Below the pieces are notes generated by a model that ran no database searches, was not told the origin of the DNA, and saw only the letters and a program-made list of their open reading frames with translations. This document shows, piece by piece, positions 49,248 to 60,013 of a stretch of DNA of 64,000 nt; the first letter of the stretch is position 1, and each line of letters starts with the position of its first letter. The position numbers were made by a program, and so were the translations under genes. Origin of the DNA: an uncultured virus (IMG/VR IMGVR_UViG_3300011242_000004) (taxonomy: Duplodnaviria; Heunggongvirae; Uroviricota; Caudoviricetes); the IMG/VR virus record IMGVR_UViG_3300011242_000004; one strand, 5' to 3'.

Positions 49248-51739
49248 TTACCCCTCCATTCCTTTTAGTTGTTGAGCAATCCGTTTAATGGCAGGGTTGT
49301 TGATGTTATCTTGCAACCATTTGATTTCAAATTCATCGACCCGTCCATCTTGATTCTGGTCTAGAAGTGCGACCCATGCATCGGGTGCGTCCTGCCGTTT
49401 AAAACATTTTGCTAAGTATTCAAATACAATCTGACTTTCAAAACTAAAGACTTTAGCGGGTGCTTTTGCAAGCGACGTCACCGGTCGAAGATACACTGGG
49501 ACTTCCGTTCCGATTCCTGTCCGACGGTCTTTAATGTTAATGCTGACGTTCTGAACTTGACGTTCTACTTTCGTCTGCATATACGGCGCATGGTACGTAT
49601 AATAATAACGCCCGCCCGCTGAACGAATCTTTGCATACTTACGAGAAATCATCGGTTCGATGGCCCCACTACTTGCAGTCACATCCAAGCTTGCGCCAAT
49701 CACTTCATTTCCTTCTAAGTCAATGGGTTCAATGACAAGCATGCTCGTTTCGATTCCATCTGCTTGTAACTTATCCGGTGTCAAGAAGACCCGGAATCCG
49801 CCAATCTCTTGCGCTTTATCACTGATGTACAGGAAACCTTCAGAGTGTGCATTCTCTAATGGGTTGAGTTCGACTTCCGTTGACAAGCGCATCTGGTTCA
49901 TACGGTTCCCTTCTTGGATGACCGTCAATTCTTTCCCTTGGGCTTTTGCTAACTGAACCCGGTAACTATCGAGTGCCGCATGTTTATAGTCAACGACATA
50001 ACTTCGGTTCAATTGATAACGCACTTTAAGCTCTTCTCCAAAGTATTCTTTTTTCTGTTCATCCGTCAATGTCAAATAGACTTTGCGGTCTTCGATTTTG
50101 TCGGCGAATCCGACGAATACGTCCTCATAGTAAATCGCCGCTTTGAAGTTTTCATTGTCGATGTTCCCATAACTGATTAATAAGTAATCCGACTTTCCAT
50201 CATAGCGAATGAATTCTTCATTCCATGTTCGATAGTCAGCAGTCTCCATATCAAAGAACGTCACTTTTTCCAATGCGCCTTCTTCATCTTCGACCAGAAT
50301 CGGACTACCATCAACAGGTGCGAGTGTTGCTTCCACAAACGTCTTCTCTTTTGAGCTGATGACATCATTGAAGTCACTTGTGAAGCTTCGTCCCATTGGA
50401 TTGTAGGAAGGACTCAATAACTTGAGTTCATTGGTCGGTGTCGTCTTTTTCCAGGTGACTAAATCATCAATGGCTNNNNNNNNNNATTGTGGTTGAAGAA
50501 AAAATAAATTATTTTGGTTTTTTTGTTGGGGTTCTTCTTTTTCAAGATAACTAAATCATCAATGGCTCCATCGTAGAAATAAGTGCTATCTGTTAACATC
50601 ATGCTATTCCCAATACTAACGACGACAGCGCCATTGTATTCAGCGGTCTTTAAATCTGTCGTTTCAAGTCCAATGCTCAGGTTACTTTGCGACCAGCTTG
50701 CCCGAATGATGAAATCTTTGACCGTGGTCGCCGCCACCGTCTGAGCAATAACTCCTCCGACATTGATGTAGGCTTGTTTATTGACCATACCAATCTCAAG
50801 GTTGCCACTTTTCAAGAAAATCTTTTTGACCGTGGACGCATTGCTTCGAAAACTCCCTTTGTAATACAAGCTTCCTTCTGCATACAAATTGCGTTTCGTC
50901 GGGAACGAGACTTCACTCTTTGGACGGACCCCGACCGTTGTTTCCGTCGGTACATATCCTAAATAAGTACTTCCCTTTTCAACTTGAATGTTTTTGATGC
51001 GAAGCAATCCATTTGCTTTAACAACGAGCGTACGGCTTGCGCCTGTAATTGTATGACGGCTACAGACATAACGACTGAAACCCGAAGCATTCAATGTATC
51101 CGTGACTCCATCGAGTGTCGCTGTTCCGACACCATCGTAATCAAAACTGACCGTAAAGGACGTACCGACATACGGTGAGACATCGAACGCCAACGTACTT
51201 TGTGTCCCATTCAACTCGATATAATTTTCTTCATTCTCTAAGTTATCGGTTTTAATGTATTCATTATTTGTTAACGTCGTCGTGTATCCGACAGGAAACA
51301 GTTGGTCGATGGTCATGTTCGTGACCGTACTTCCGACTTTTTCAATCAATGCCAAGTACGCATTGGTAATGTTCTGATACTCCATTGTCAATTGAACTGT
51401 TCCATTTAACGTCACCACATGCTTTGACCCTTCAACCGTTACTTTCATAACGTATGGACTTGTCAATGTTTGTGTGATGCGTTTTTCTAGAAGAATTCGT
51501 GAGACCCCGTCCCGGTACTCTTCTGCTGTCAAGAACCAGCCGGTCCCGCGCTGTTCGAGTCGGAATCCAAAGTAATAAATTTCAGTTAAAAAACGAGTGG
51601 CAATGAAATGCGAACCCGTTGTACTATATGTAATTTCAGTTTCATAATCTTCTAACCGTAAATCTTCGTGGACGAGATAGTAGCCTTCGCTTTCGAACAC
51701 TATCTGATTCGTCTCTTTTCGTATTAGAGCTAAGTCCAT
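49248..51739 (-). CDS. One structural protein split into two ORFs by an assembly artefact
   Basis: CTAAATCATCAATGGCT is duplicated at 50459-50475 and 50551-50567 around the N gap; joining gives GAIDDLVTWKKTTPTNELKLLSPSYNP in frame. Confidence 0.8.
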
Positions 51740-51796
51740 TGAACTCCCCTACCTTTCCTTTTTTATTTGTAACCTCTTTCTTCTTGACTTTCAATA

Positions 51797-51825
51797 GAAA
51801 GAAAAAAGAAGGGTTTCCCCTTCTT
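51797..51825 (-). terminator. Intrinsic terminator
   Basis: AAGAAGGG-gaaa-CCCTTCTT then TTTTCTTTC. Confidence 0.8.
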
Positions 51826-53347
51826 AGAATGTTTGTGTCCACTCTGACATCGTCAGGACGTTGACTTCTCCAGACACTTGTTTCGTTTTCACATAGTTGA
51901 GCAACGTTTGGAACTTCGTGATGTCCCAGAACATGTTTGACGCATCTTCTGTTCCCAGTCGGTGATTGAGGAAGATGACTGTCCCACCCATGTTGATGGC
52001 ATCATCGACGAGTGCTTGTGCCGCCGCCGCTGTTACCGCCGGAAGTAAATTCTTGATTTTCAATCGGTTGTTGTACACAGGAGGAGCGGTCTCGATGTGT
52101 TCCCGAATCGTCCGACAAAACGTGATGTTCTCTTCTCCTAGAATCTGAAGCGTCGTATCATTCCAACTTCCATATGGAAGGAAGAGAATATTTGAAGCTC
52201 GTGTGTACCCACGAGAACTTAAGGCATTGCGTCCATCAACGATATCTTTCTTTTGCACCGCATAACTTTGTTGCCCCAGATTATAGTGTTCGTTCGTATG
52301 ATTGACGAGGTCCCAGCCATATCCATAGACTTCTTCCAGTTGTGCCCAAGTCATGTAGTTAGCGACGCCGACATTGATGCCATTGACACCGATTGTTCCT
52401 TTAAGACCCCGCATCCGCATCTCAGCGAAAGCTACAGAATATTGCGTATCCCATTGGTCATCGAATGTGAAAATGACGTTGGCTTGTTGTTTCGTATCTA
52501 CCAAAACACTATCAATGGTTACATCGACCAGTTGTCCTGCAAGTGGAATGGCACGGATTTGCATTCGAATGATATCGGTAGCAACTGCACCTGTCCCTGT
52601 CACCGTCATCCGGTTGATAGGAATGACCAATCGATTCCATCCTTTGACTAAACTGATGGCAGGAAATTTATAATCAAGCATGTTCGTGAAACCAGAGTTG
52701 TTTGATAGGAAAATAGAAATCCCATCCATCGTATCTGGTTCAGAGGCGACGTATGCATTTAAGACAATGTTTGTTGTCCCTTGCAATTTCCATGTACGAG
52801 AAGAACGAATGAATGGTTGCTCTCCTGCTGTTGACGATTGAAGGCGTAACGAGCTTGTGCCGTTCATGACATTGGTCGTATCGACAGTCACGGTCCCAAG
52901 CATTGTTGCCCAGTCTGCTTGTCGGAACGTATCAATGATATTTCCTTTTTTGAATTTCCGTGCTAACTCTTTTAAGAGCCCAGAGTTATCAATTCCTTTT
53001 TCTCCTTGAATCCCTTGCGGCCCTTGGATACCTTGTGCACCTGTGTCTCCCTTAGGTCCCTGTACTCCTTGAATTCCTTGAGGACCAGTTGCTCCGGTAT
53101 CCCCTTTGGGACCCTGAATCCCTTGCAAACCTTGTGCTCCTGTATCGCCTTTAGGACCAGTGGCGCCGACAGGACCTTGAATCCCTTGTAGTCCACGCGG
53201 ACCTTCAGGACCCGGCGTCAAGGCGATATTCTTAATTCCATCATCAATGATATCATCAAGAGCTGTAACCAGTTGTGTGTAACTTGCCCGTGTGAACTTA
53301 TCTGTTCCATCAGGATACGGAATGTTTCGTTTTAATGTGTACTTCAT
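51824..53347 (-). CDS. Collagen-like fibre ending in a NodB/CE4 polysaccharide deacetylase domain
   Basis: 25 GXY triplets; VIFTFDD, NHTNEH, FLPYG, IFLNH motifs. Confidence 0.88.
   Translation of the reverse strand: MKYTLKRNIPYPDGTDKFTRASYTQLVTALDDIIDDGIKNIALTPGPEGPRGLQGIQGPVGATGPKGDTGAQGLQGIQGPKGDTGATGPQGIQGVQGPKGDTGAQGIQGPQGIQGEKGIDNSGLLKELARKFKKGNIIDTFRQADWATMLGTVTVDTTNVMNGTSSLRLQSSTAGEQPFIRSSRTWKLQGTTNIVLNAYVASEPDTMDGISIFLSNNSGFTNMLDYKFPAISLVKGWNRLVIPINRMTVTGTGAVATDIIRMQIRAIPLAGQLVDVTIDSVLVDTKQQANVIFTFDDQWDTQYSVAFAEMRMRGLKGTIGVNGINVGVANYMTWAQLEEVYGYGWDLVNHTNEHYNLGQQSYAVQKKDIVDGRNALSSRGYTRASNILFLPYGSWNDTTLQILGEENITFCRTIREHIETAPPVYNNRLKIKNLLPAVTAAAAQALVDDAINMGGTVIFLNHRLGTEDASNMFWDITKFQTLLNYVKTKQVSGEVNVLTMSEWTQTF
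52988..53212 (-). repeat. Collagen GXY repeat
   Basis: 25 contiguous triplets ([16 protein letters not shown]). Confidence 0.95.
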
Positions 53348-53373
53348 TCTATAGACTCCTTAAAAGGAAGAGC

Positions 53374-56300
53374 TTATAGCTCTCCCCATGTTTTTCCTTC
53401 TGCATCAATTTGGTCCCACGTTTTATTCTGGGCATCAATCTGGTCCCATGTCAGAGATGCCTCACCCGTAAAAGAATAGATACGTTTCTTCTCTTTTTGG
53501 GTCATCGTACTATTCGTGAAATAATTGGTCGTATCTTTCTGCAAGTATAATTTCCCGTCAGCGGTGACAGCATTCTTCGCAAGAGGGACATCTTCTTTAG
53601 CGAATCGGTTTTCAATCGGTTCCGCATACATGTAGTACTCTTGGTCTTGCAAGTAATAGTACCCAGACTTGATTTGTGGATACCAGTTCTTACTTGGGTC
53701 TTCGCCGTCCAGTGTTCCGACTAAGTAGAAACCGTCTGGTTCTTCGACGACATATGTTTTCACCCATAGGTCTGTGTCTTCGACGACATACCCGGCGTCA
53801 GCGATACTATCATTGAACCCTTCAAACTCTGTTGGATTCGCAATCTTCATCTTGAAGTCATTGAGTGGGGAAGCGACCCCCTCATATTCTTTGACTTCCG
53901 GTGAGCGCCATAACACATCATATCCTGCTTTCTCTTTATAACGAGAATCAAGGGTGATGATGACGTCTTTGATATCATCGTATGTGTATGTGACCGTGTA
54001 TTCGACGGATGCCGCTGGTTCTTTTGAGGACTGTTGTTGTCCTTTCCACCAGATGTAGTTCCCATCAAGAACGAAGTCTCCTGTCTTAATTCCACCAATC
54101 TCTGTGTACGGAGCATAGCTAATGTTGTTACTGTCTTTTATCGAGATGACCCGGCGGACGTTCTTGTGTTGCAAAAGGTCTCGTCCGTTGGCAACGTTTC
54201 CTCTCGTGATTTTAACAGCGACTGGGGCAGATTCGACCATTGTATAATCCAGTGGGAGTCGTCCCCCACCCGGAGGAATGATAATCGATTCATCCAGAAT
54301 CGTTCCATCTTTCTTTTTCACAGAGTTTTCGATGATGGCAATTTCATAAGGTTTCACATTCGTCATACCGTCTGCATCTTGGAACAACACGTTCGGTGCT
54401 AAGAACGGTAATGTCAACGGAGAAGGAACTCGAATCATTTGTCCGACTACCAAGTCTTTATCTTGGTTATATTTCCGTAAGTCCGTTGGGTGAACTTTTT
54501 TGATTTTCGCAATCTTCTCATACGTGTCCCCGGTAGCGACCCTGTACTCCGATTCAGAGACTGTTAAGGCCCCGTTCGGTTGTTGTCGTACATACATTTC
54601 CCGGATGTCATTCAAGTTTAAGTATCCTGTGTAAATCTTTTCTTCTGATACCCACTCCGTGAATCCATAGTTCCCATCAACTAGTTCTCCAACAACTGTT
54701 GAAGTTCCATTGTCGTTATGGGCACTGACGTCGGTCACGCTTCCTTTTCCTTTGAAGCTGACAACCACCCGACTATTCAAGCTTTCATTCGGTTCAATGA
54801 TTTCTTGTCCGACGACGAGCTTACCTTCATAAACCAGTTTGTTTGGATTCAAGGCTTTGAGTTTCGTTTCATCGACATTCAATTGTTCTGCTAACTCTGT
54901 CCATGAGACAGGTTCTCCAATCCGAATGCGGTTCTCCGGCCATCCGTTTTGAATCACATACCGGTATTTCTTACTTGTTAACAAACTAGGTGTGTAGTCC
55001 GACCCCATCTCATGTTCATCTTTAATAAGATATTGGACGGTGCTTCCATTGTAATGGTAGTGGAAGTAAAGTTTTTTCGGGTCGACGCTGACAGAAGAAG
55101 CGGGGGCATCCGTTGCAATCGCACGTCCCACAATCGTGTCTGTCAAACTTGTTGAGACATTTCGTTGTTGCGTTGCTCCTGCTTTACTCTTAAAGTAAAG
55201 ACTTACTCCCACTTGTCCTGTTTCATCAATGACTTGCAATCCCTTACTAGCAGAAGAAAGTAACGTTTGGTTAGCGGCGTTCCCGTTCGTGTTCGAAGGC
55301 CAGCTGAATTCGTTTCCGTTCAACTTCCACAACTCTTTTGTGCCGTTTCCGTTATCAACTGCTGACAAGTTATCCGTTGTCCGCGAGACGATTTGACGGA
55401 ACTCCATTGCACTGGATAAGCGGACCCAGTCGACGACTGGTGTTGCTTTCGTACTTAATCGTTTTAATCGAATGACGAGATAAAACAACTTATTTGTTTT
55501 TCCATTGAATAAGCTCATCACCCGACTGACATCTTCACTGTATGGGTTCACAGTAGCGACAGGTACAATTCCTGCATTCGCTTCATCTGGGTACACATCA
55601 TAGAATTCAAACTCAATCTCTTGCCCTACTTCATCTGGTGGCATCGACAAGATGCTCTCGACCCCTAACCACTCCTTGATGACGTTGAACTGATTACCTA
55701 AGAATTCCCGTGGGTCAATCGGTTTTTTCGTGACCACATAAGCTTCTGTGCGGTCGTCTGGTAAACGAAGACGGGTATATCCTTTGCGGTAAAGCGCTGT
55801 CTCTGGACCTAAGTTTGTAGAACCCGCTGTTGCCGCTCCCCGGGACCGAAGTCCAATCTCTGTACCTGCTGGTTTTGTTTCTGTCCAATCAAAGGATGTT
55901 ACTTTCGAGAAGGTGACTCCTGCCGCTTGTGCCACATTCTCCATGTTAATGGATGCTAACCAATACCCATCACTTGCACGGGATGTCGTATCCAACGAAC
56001 TCATTTTGACATAGTCGATAATCGGCGTAACCCCATCATCGGATGATGCCATATGTACTTTAAATTGAACGTAACGCTTGTTTGTGACTGTCGTGTTTTG
56101 TCCACGATACAGGTTACTTGTTTGTGTTAATGTCACCGGTTGAAATGCAATGTTCGTTTTCGTGCTTCCGAATCCAATTTCAAATGTGAAGTCGGTGACG
56201 ATATTATTAAACCACCGCACGATGAAAGGAGTCGTCCCTGTCGTTGAAATCGTCTTAATACGCACCGTGACTTCTTGATAAGGGAAACTTGTCCCAAAGC

Positions 56301-56688
56301 TTGCATCGACCCCAGAGCCTAGTGTATTGACGTTTTGTTGGAACAAGACACTGCCATCGGCTTTCAAGACTTTCATCTCGATGAACTGGTCTCCTGCTGT
56401 TTGTGTTTTATAGACCATACGCACATCAGAAGCAGATAATCGCATAACGAGTTCTGCTCCGATATCTGTCGTACGGTAATCGGTTATGCCGGTCCAATTT
56501 CCATTGGGTTGAACTTCTTTGTCTGCCCGTCCATATTTACGGATAGGTTTTTGCCCACTCAACTCGATAGAAATTGGCCCAGTAAACGGTTCCTCTGCAT
56601 CAAAGATTTTTGATGTGTAGGTTGAAGAGAAAGCAGTCGTTGCTCCGTAGTAACTGCTACCATAAAAGTTCTTCCCATACTGAGCCAT
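53374..56688 (-). CDS. Baseplate-associated protein with two LysM-like domains
   Basis: YRVATGDTYEKIA...LRKYN...LVVGQMIRVP; second LAEQLNV...LKALNP...LVVGQEI. Confidence 0.8.
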   Translation of the reverse strand: MAQYGKNFYGSSYYGATTAFSSTYTSKIFDAEEPFTGPISIELSGQKPIRKYGRADKEVQPNGNWTGITDYRTTDIGAELVMRLSASDVRMVYKTQTAGDQFIEMKVLKADGSVLFQQNVNTLGSGVDASFGTSFPYQEVTVRIKTISTTGTTPFIVRWFNNIVTDFTFEIGFGSTKTNIAFQPVTLTQTSNLYRGQNTTVTNKRYVQFKVHMASSDDGVTPIIDYVKMSSLDTTSRASDGYWLASINMENVAQAAGVTFSKVTSFDWTETKPAGTEIGLRSRGAATAGSTNLGPETALYRKGYTRLRLPDDRTEAYVVTKKPIDPREFLGNQFNVIKEWLGVESILSMPPDEVGQEIEFEFYDVYPDEANAGIVPVATVNPYSEDVSRVMSLFNGKTNKLFYLVIRLKRLSTKATPVVDWVRLSSAMEFRQIVSRTTDNLSAVDNGNGTKELWKLNGNEFSWPSNTNGNAANQTLLSSASKGLQVIDETGQVGVSLYFKSKAGATQQRNVSTSLTDTIVGRAIATDAPASSVSVDPKKLYFHYHYNGSTVQYLIKDEHEMGSDYTPSLLTSKKYRYVIQNGWPENRIRIGEPVSWTELAEQLNVDETKLKALNPNKLVYEGKLVVGQEIIEPNESLNSRVVVSFKGKGSVTDVSAHNDNGTSTVVGELVDGNYGFTEWVSEEKIYTGYLNLNDIREMYVRQQPNGALTVSESEYRVATGDTYEKIAKIKKVHPTDLRKYNQDKDLVVGQMIRVPSPLTLPFLAPNVLFQDADGMTNVKPYEIAIIENSVKKKDGTILDESIIIPPGGGRLPLDYTMVESAPVAVKITRGNVANGRDLLQHKNVRRVISIKDSNNISYAPYTEIGGIKTGDFVLDGNYIWWKGQQQSSKEPAASVEYTVTYTYDDIKDVIITLDSRYKEKAGYDVLWRSPEVKEYEGVASPLNDFKMKIANPTEFEGFNDSIADAGYVVEDTDLWVKTYVVEEPDGFYLVGTLDGEDPSKNWYPQIKSGYYYLQDQEYYMYAEPIENRFAKEDVPLAKNAVTADGKLYLQKDTTNYFTNSTMTQKEKKRIYSFTGEASLTWDQIDAQNKTWDQIDAEGKTWGEL

Positions 56689-56700
56689 TTTCTCACCTCT

Positions 56701-58896
56701 TTAATAGTTATAATATGTGACTTTTACTTGAATCTTTGTATCAAAGCGTTGGTAACTCAAGTCATTTTTGACGCCGACCGTTTTTTTATGAAGCGCAAAT
56801 CCTCGTGCTGTTCCATTGACAATCTTTTCAATGAACGCATTCGGTATCGTAATCCATTTGCCTTCTCCCCTGTCAAACTTGACTTTACTGTTGTATTCAT
56901 TGAACAACGTCGGAGAGCCAGATGGTGGTGAAGCATAGTTATGCAACCAAAGATAAAGCGGTGTCGCATCTTTTGCATATCCATGTTGCGAACTTTCTCG
57001 TCGGATGAAGACTTGCACACTCTTGATTTTCTTTCCTGCCAAATCTTTTCGAATGCCAGCGTAATCCAAGAACCACAATCCTCTGTGGTTTCCGTTATGC
57101 ATTCCCGCATACACGAGTTCATCTCGTCCATCCATGTTCCAGTCATCGTACGTATTCGTCGCATATTCCCAGCGTCCTTGAATGACATCTGTTGTTTCTT
57201 TTCGCCATCCTGAAGAGTTTGGGACAATCCCATTATAGCTTCGATAATCCGTCCGCCAACTCTGACCATTGCGACTGACGCCGTACGTCTTGACAGCCGT
57301 CGGAGGAAGCTTCGTTTTAACTTTAATAGATACATATGCACTCTTTCCAACAGCGTTCACAGAACGGACGTAGAACGTATAATAGGTATTCGCTTTTTTA
57401 TCAACCGATTTGTAACTTAAATCTTTTTCTGTTTTGACCCCACTGCTATCTACTTTTAATTCGTAGGAAGTAGCATAGAGTCCGGCTTGCCACGTGACCG
57501 TGAAATCTTTATACGTTGACGTATATTTCAGGTTCTTTGGTGGTCCCGGCGGAATTAATCCTTTGAAATCAATCCAACTGCTAAGAACCCATTTCCCTAG
57601 GAGACCTGTCTTATCGACGGTCCGAATCCGATACCGTACTTTGAACTTGTTTTGTCCTAGGTTGTGTTTATATGTATTCTTCGTGAACAAGCTAATACCA
57701 TTGACTGAATACCATTTCGTCGACGGGTCCGTATCCTTTTGATATTCCATGTTGTATCCTGAGAGACCAAGAGGAATCTTAAAGGCATTCCCATAGGTCT
57801 TAAAGGTTTCATATGGAAGCGACATGTTCCCACGCTTGTCTACTGCATTGACCGTAACCTTATGTTTCGCACTATTCAAGTTGCTGGCAGTAAAAATTCG
57901 TTCCCAGTTCGTCGAGAACGTGAATCCATTATCCATGTTCGCTAAATCTTCAGGTCGATAGTAGATGACATGTTTAATGCCACTGCCATTGACTCCATAA
58001 TTGAAATCTACTTTGTAGTAGGCAATGTCTTCTGATTTCGATAACGCCGTGAAGTTAACTTTTCCTTCTGTTAACGGATATTCTTCGACGTCCCACTGGA
58101 CTTCGATGGTTGTATCTCCAACACCAGTCGTGCTCCCGCCAATATCACTGACGTCATACATCGTCGGTAAATCAAGCGCAAGTGACACATTACGAGGGGC
58201 TTGTGGGGGTTGCATCTGGATACTGTATAAGAACCCTTTGATGATGTCAATGTCCCGTGCCCCTAACCCATCTTTGAATGGACCGATGACATCAAACGGA
58301 GACATGATTTCTTTTTTGACTGCAATGAAGTTGATGATGTCTCGAAGACTATTGAAGTCTCTTCGTGACGGAACGATATCGCCTGTGAACAAATCCATCG
58401 TCTTATCGAGATACGGTCCTTCATCTTCGATTCCTTGCCCGACATAATCATCAATGATTTCGGCTAAGTTACTCTTAATCTCTTCAAAGATGTCGCCCCG
58501 ACGGACAGCAGAACCCGGGGTTACTGTCGTCTCCCAACTCATTAAATCTTTTGTTTCCACATCATTGTAAGTAAAATAAGCCATTTCAGACAGTTCGCTC
58601 ACTTGGTTGAGTTGGTTTGTTGTTTTGACACGCCATGCATACGTCCCACCGTTTGTGAGATTGAGTCCTGCTAAGTTATAGTGCACCCGGTCCAAGCTGT
58701 CATTGAGCGTATAGCTTTTCAGTAAGACAGGATTTTCTTCATCCTCCATGTCATACCAATAAGCTTGTGCTTTGGTTTGGTAGTCGCCGCTACCTTCTTT
58801 ACGAAACTCCCATTCAAAGTCAAGGGAGCCCGGGATATACGGACTCACTAAACTATTGAATGCCGGAGATAGTCCTTCTGGACGTATTGCCGCCAT
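56701..58896 (-). CDS. FN3-repeat virion protein
   Basis: PPGPPKNL...VTWQ...YTFYVRSVNAVGKS and YAWRVKT motifs. Confidence 0.8.
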   Translation of the reverse strand: MAAIRPEGLSPAFNSLVSPYIPGSLDFEWEFRKEGSGDYQTKAQAYWYDMEDEENPVLLKSYTLNDSLDRVHYNLAGLNLTNGGTYAWRVKTTNQLNQVSELSEMAYFTYNDVETKDLMSWETTVTPGSAVRRGDIFEEIKSNLAEIIDDYVGQGIEDEGPYLDKTMDLFTGDIVPSRRDFNSLRDIINFIAVKKEIMSPFDVIGPFKDGLGARDIDIIKGFLYSIQMQPPQAPRNVSLALDLPTMYDVSDIGGSTTGVGDTTIEVQWDVEEYPLTEGKVNFTALSKSEDIAYYKVDFNYGVNGSGIKHVIYYRPEDLANMDNGFTFSTNWERIFTASNLNSAKHKVTVNAVDKRGNMSLPYETFKTYGNAFKIPLGLSGYNMEYQKDTDPSTKWYSVNGISLFTKNTYKHNLGQNKFKVRYRIRTVDKTGLLGKWVLSSWIDFKGLIPPGPPKNLKYTSTYKDFTVTWQAGLYATSYELKVDSSGVKTEKDLSYKSVDKKANTYYTFYVRSVNAVGKSAYVSIKVKTKLPPTAVKTYGVSRNGQSWRTDYRSYNGIVPNSSGWRKETTDVIQGRWEYATNTYDDWNMDGRDELVYAGMHNGNHRGLWFLDYAGIRKDLAGKKIKSVQVFIRRESSQHGYAKDATPLYLWLHNYASPPSGSPTLFNEYNSKVKFDRGEGKWITIPNAFIEKIVNGTARGFALHKKTVGVKNDLSYQRFDTKIQVKVTYYNY

Positions 58897-58911
58897 TTGT
58901 ACTCCTCCTTC

Positions 58912-60000
58912 TTATCGGTCAAATACAGCAGGGTGAGCAGGAACAATATATGCATGGTCGATGGCGATGACATTGCTGACGGTCGTTGCCATTTTCTCGA
59001 TGACGACTTGTCCTGTTTTTGCTGTTGTTGCCGGTTCATGGTCAAAGACCAGATAAAACATTTGCCACTTTCCAACTCCATCGAAGTCCGCGCCGATAAT
59101 CTCTGTCGTATCCAGCGCATCATTCGTTTGAGCATTGACGCTTAGCTTCATCAGAATCGTTGCGTCGGTGTTTCCACTGACAAGTTTTGCTCGTACCCCT
59201 AGGATGTACTTTCCATACTGAAGATTTGAAAGCGTCGAAGACAACATCGTTGTTTTTGCTGTCCCGTTTGATTCTTTCCGTGTCCCACTGAATGTTTGTG
59301 GGTCGACGACAGAGTTCCCAGAGAAATCAGAGTTACGGAATTCTCGTGTTAACATTGTATCGACGGCATCCCGGAAGATGACTTTGCTTGAAACCGTTCC
59401 TCCGTTTGTCTTCGATAGCATATCACCTAACGCATCTGAAATCTTTGTTGTGTTTCCTTTGCTTAAGTAAATATCAGCACCGGTCACACCCGTTGAACTA
59501 TTCAAATTCAAGTTGACAGCTTCAAGTTTTCCTTGGACTTCCGCTGAACCAGACAGTTGAATCTTTGAAGGACGTCCAACTTCTCCTGTGTGGTAATGAG
59601 AAGCGAGAGTACGGTCAGCAGTCGGCGTCCAACCCGGTCCACCATAACGGTCATCAAAGTTCCGACGTTCTAAATCATCCATCCTTGTCTTGACTGTTTT
59701 CGTTTGTTTGATGGCACTGATTTGTTCGGCTGTCATCCCTGTGACATCATACGGCACCATCGGTTCGATTCCGACTGCTCGTTGGAGAGCCCGTACGCTA
59801 TCAATCAAAGCATTGACGTGTTCTGCCATGACATAATCCGGGATACCATCCCCGACATTAATCCAGCCTTTCATGTTTGGATTCAACTTGTCTTTTGTTG
59901 TTTCATTGGTTGCCCCTGCATCTTTATAAGCAGGGTAGGAAGTCATTGGCAAATCCGAATAAATCGGGTTGCCGACTTTGTTTGCTTCACTACGTGCCAT
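58912..60000 (-). CDS. Short tail-fibre-like protein
   Basis: DYVMAEHVNAL anchor, LSKTNGGTV motif, C-terminal beta-sandwich. Confidence 0.65.
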   Translation of the reverse strand: MARSEANKVGNPIYSDLPMTSYPAYKDAGATNETTKDKLNPNMKGWINVGDGIPDYVMAEHVNALIDSVRALQRAVGIEPMVPYDVTGMTAEQISAIKQTKTVKTRMDDLERRNFDDRYGGPGWTPTADRTLASHYHTGEVGRPSKIQLSGSAEVQGKLEAVNLNLNSSTGVTGADIYLSKGNTTKISDALGDMLSKTNGGTVSSKVIFRDAVDTMLTREFRNSDFSGNSVVDPQTFSGTRKESNGTAKTTMLSSTLSNLQYGKYILGVRAKLVSGNTDATILMKLSVNAQTNDALDTTEIIGADFDGVGKWQMFYLVFDHEPATTAKTGQVVIEKMATTVSNVIAIDHAYIVPAHPAVFDR

Positions 60001-60013
60001 TTATTGTTCCTCC

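Noticed and set aside
50418..50567. Apparent programmed frameshift or phase-variable split between two structural ORFs
   Set aside because: A duplicated 17-mer flanks an N gap, and the extra segment looks like an error-rich copy of the true continuation; assembly artefact
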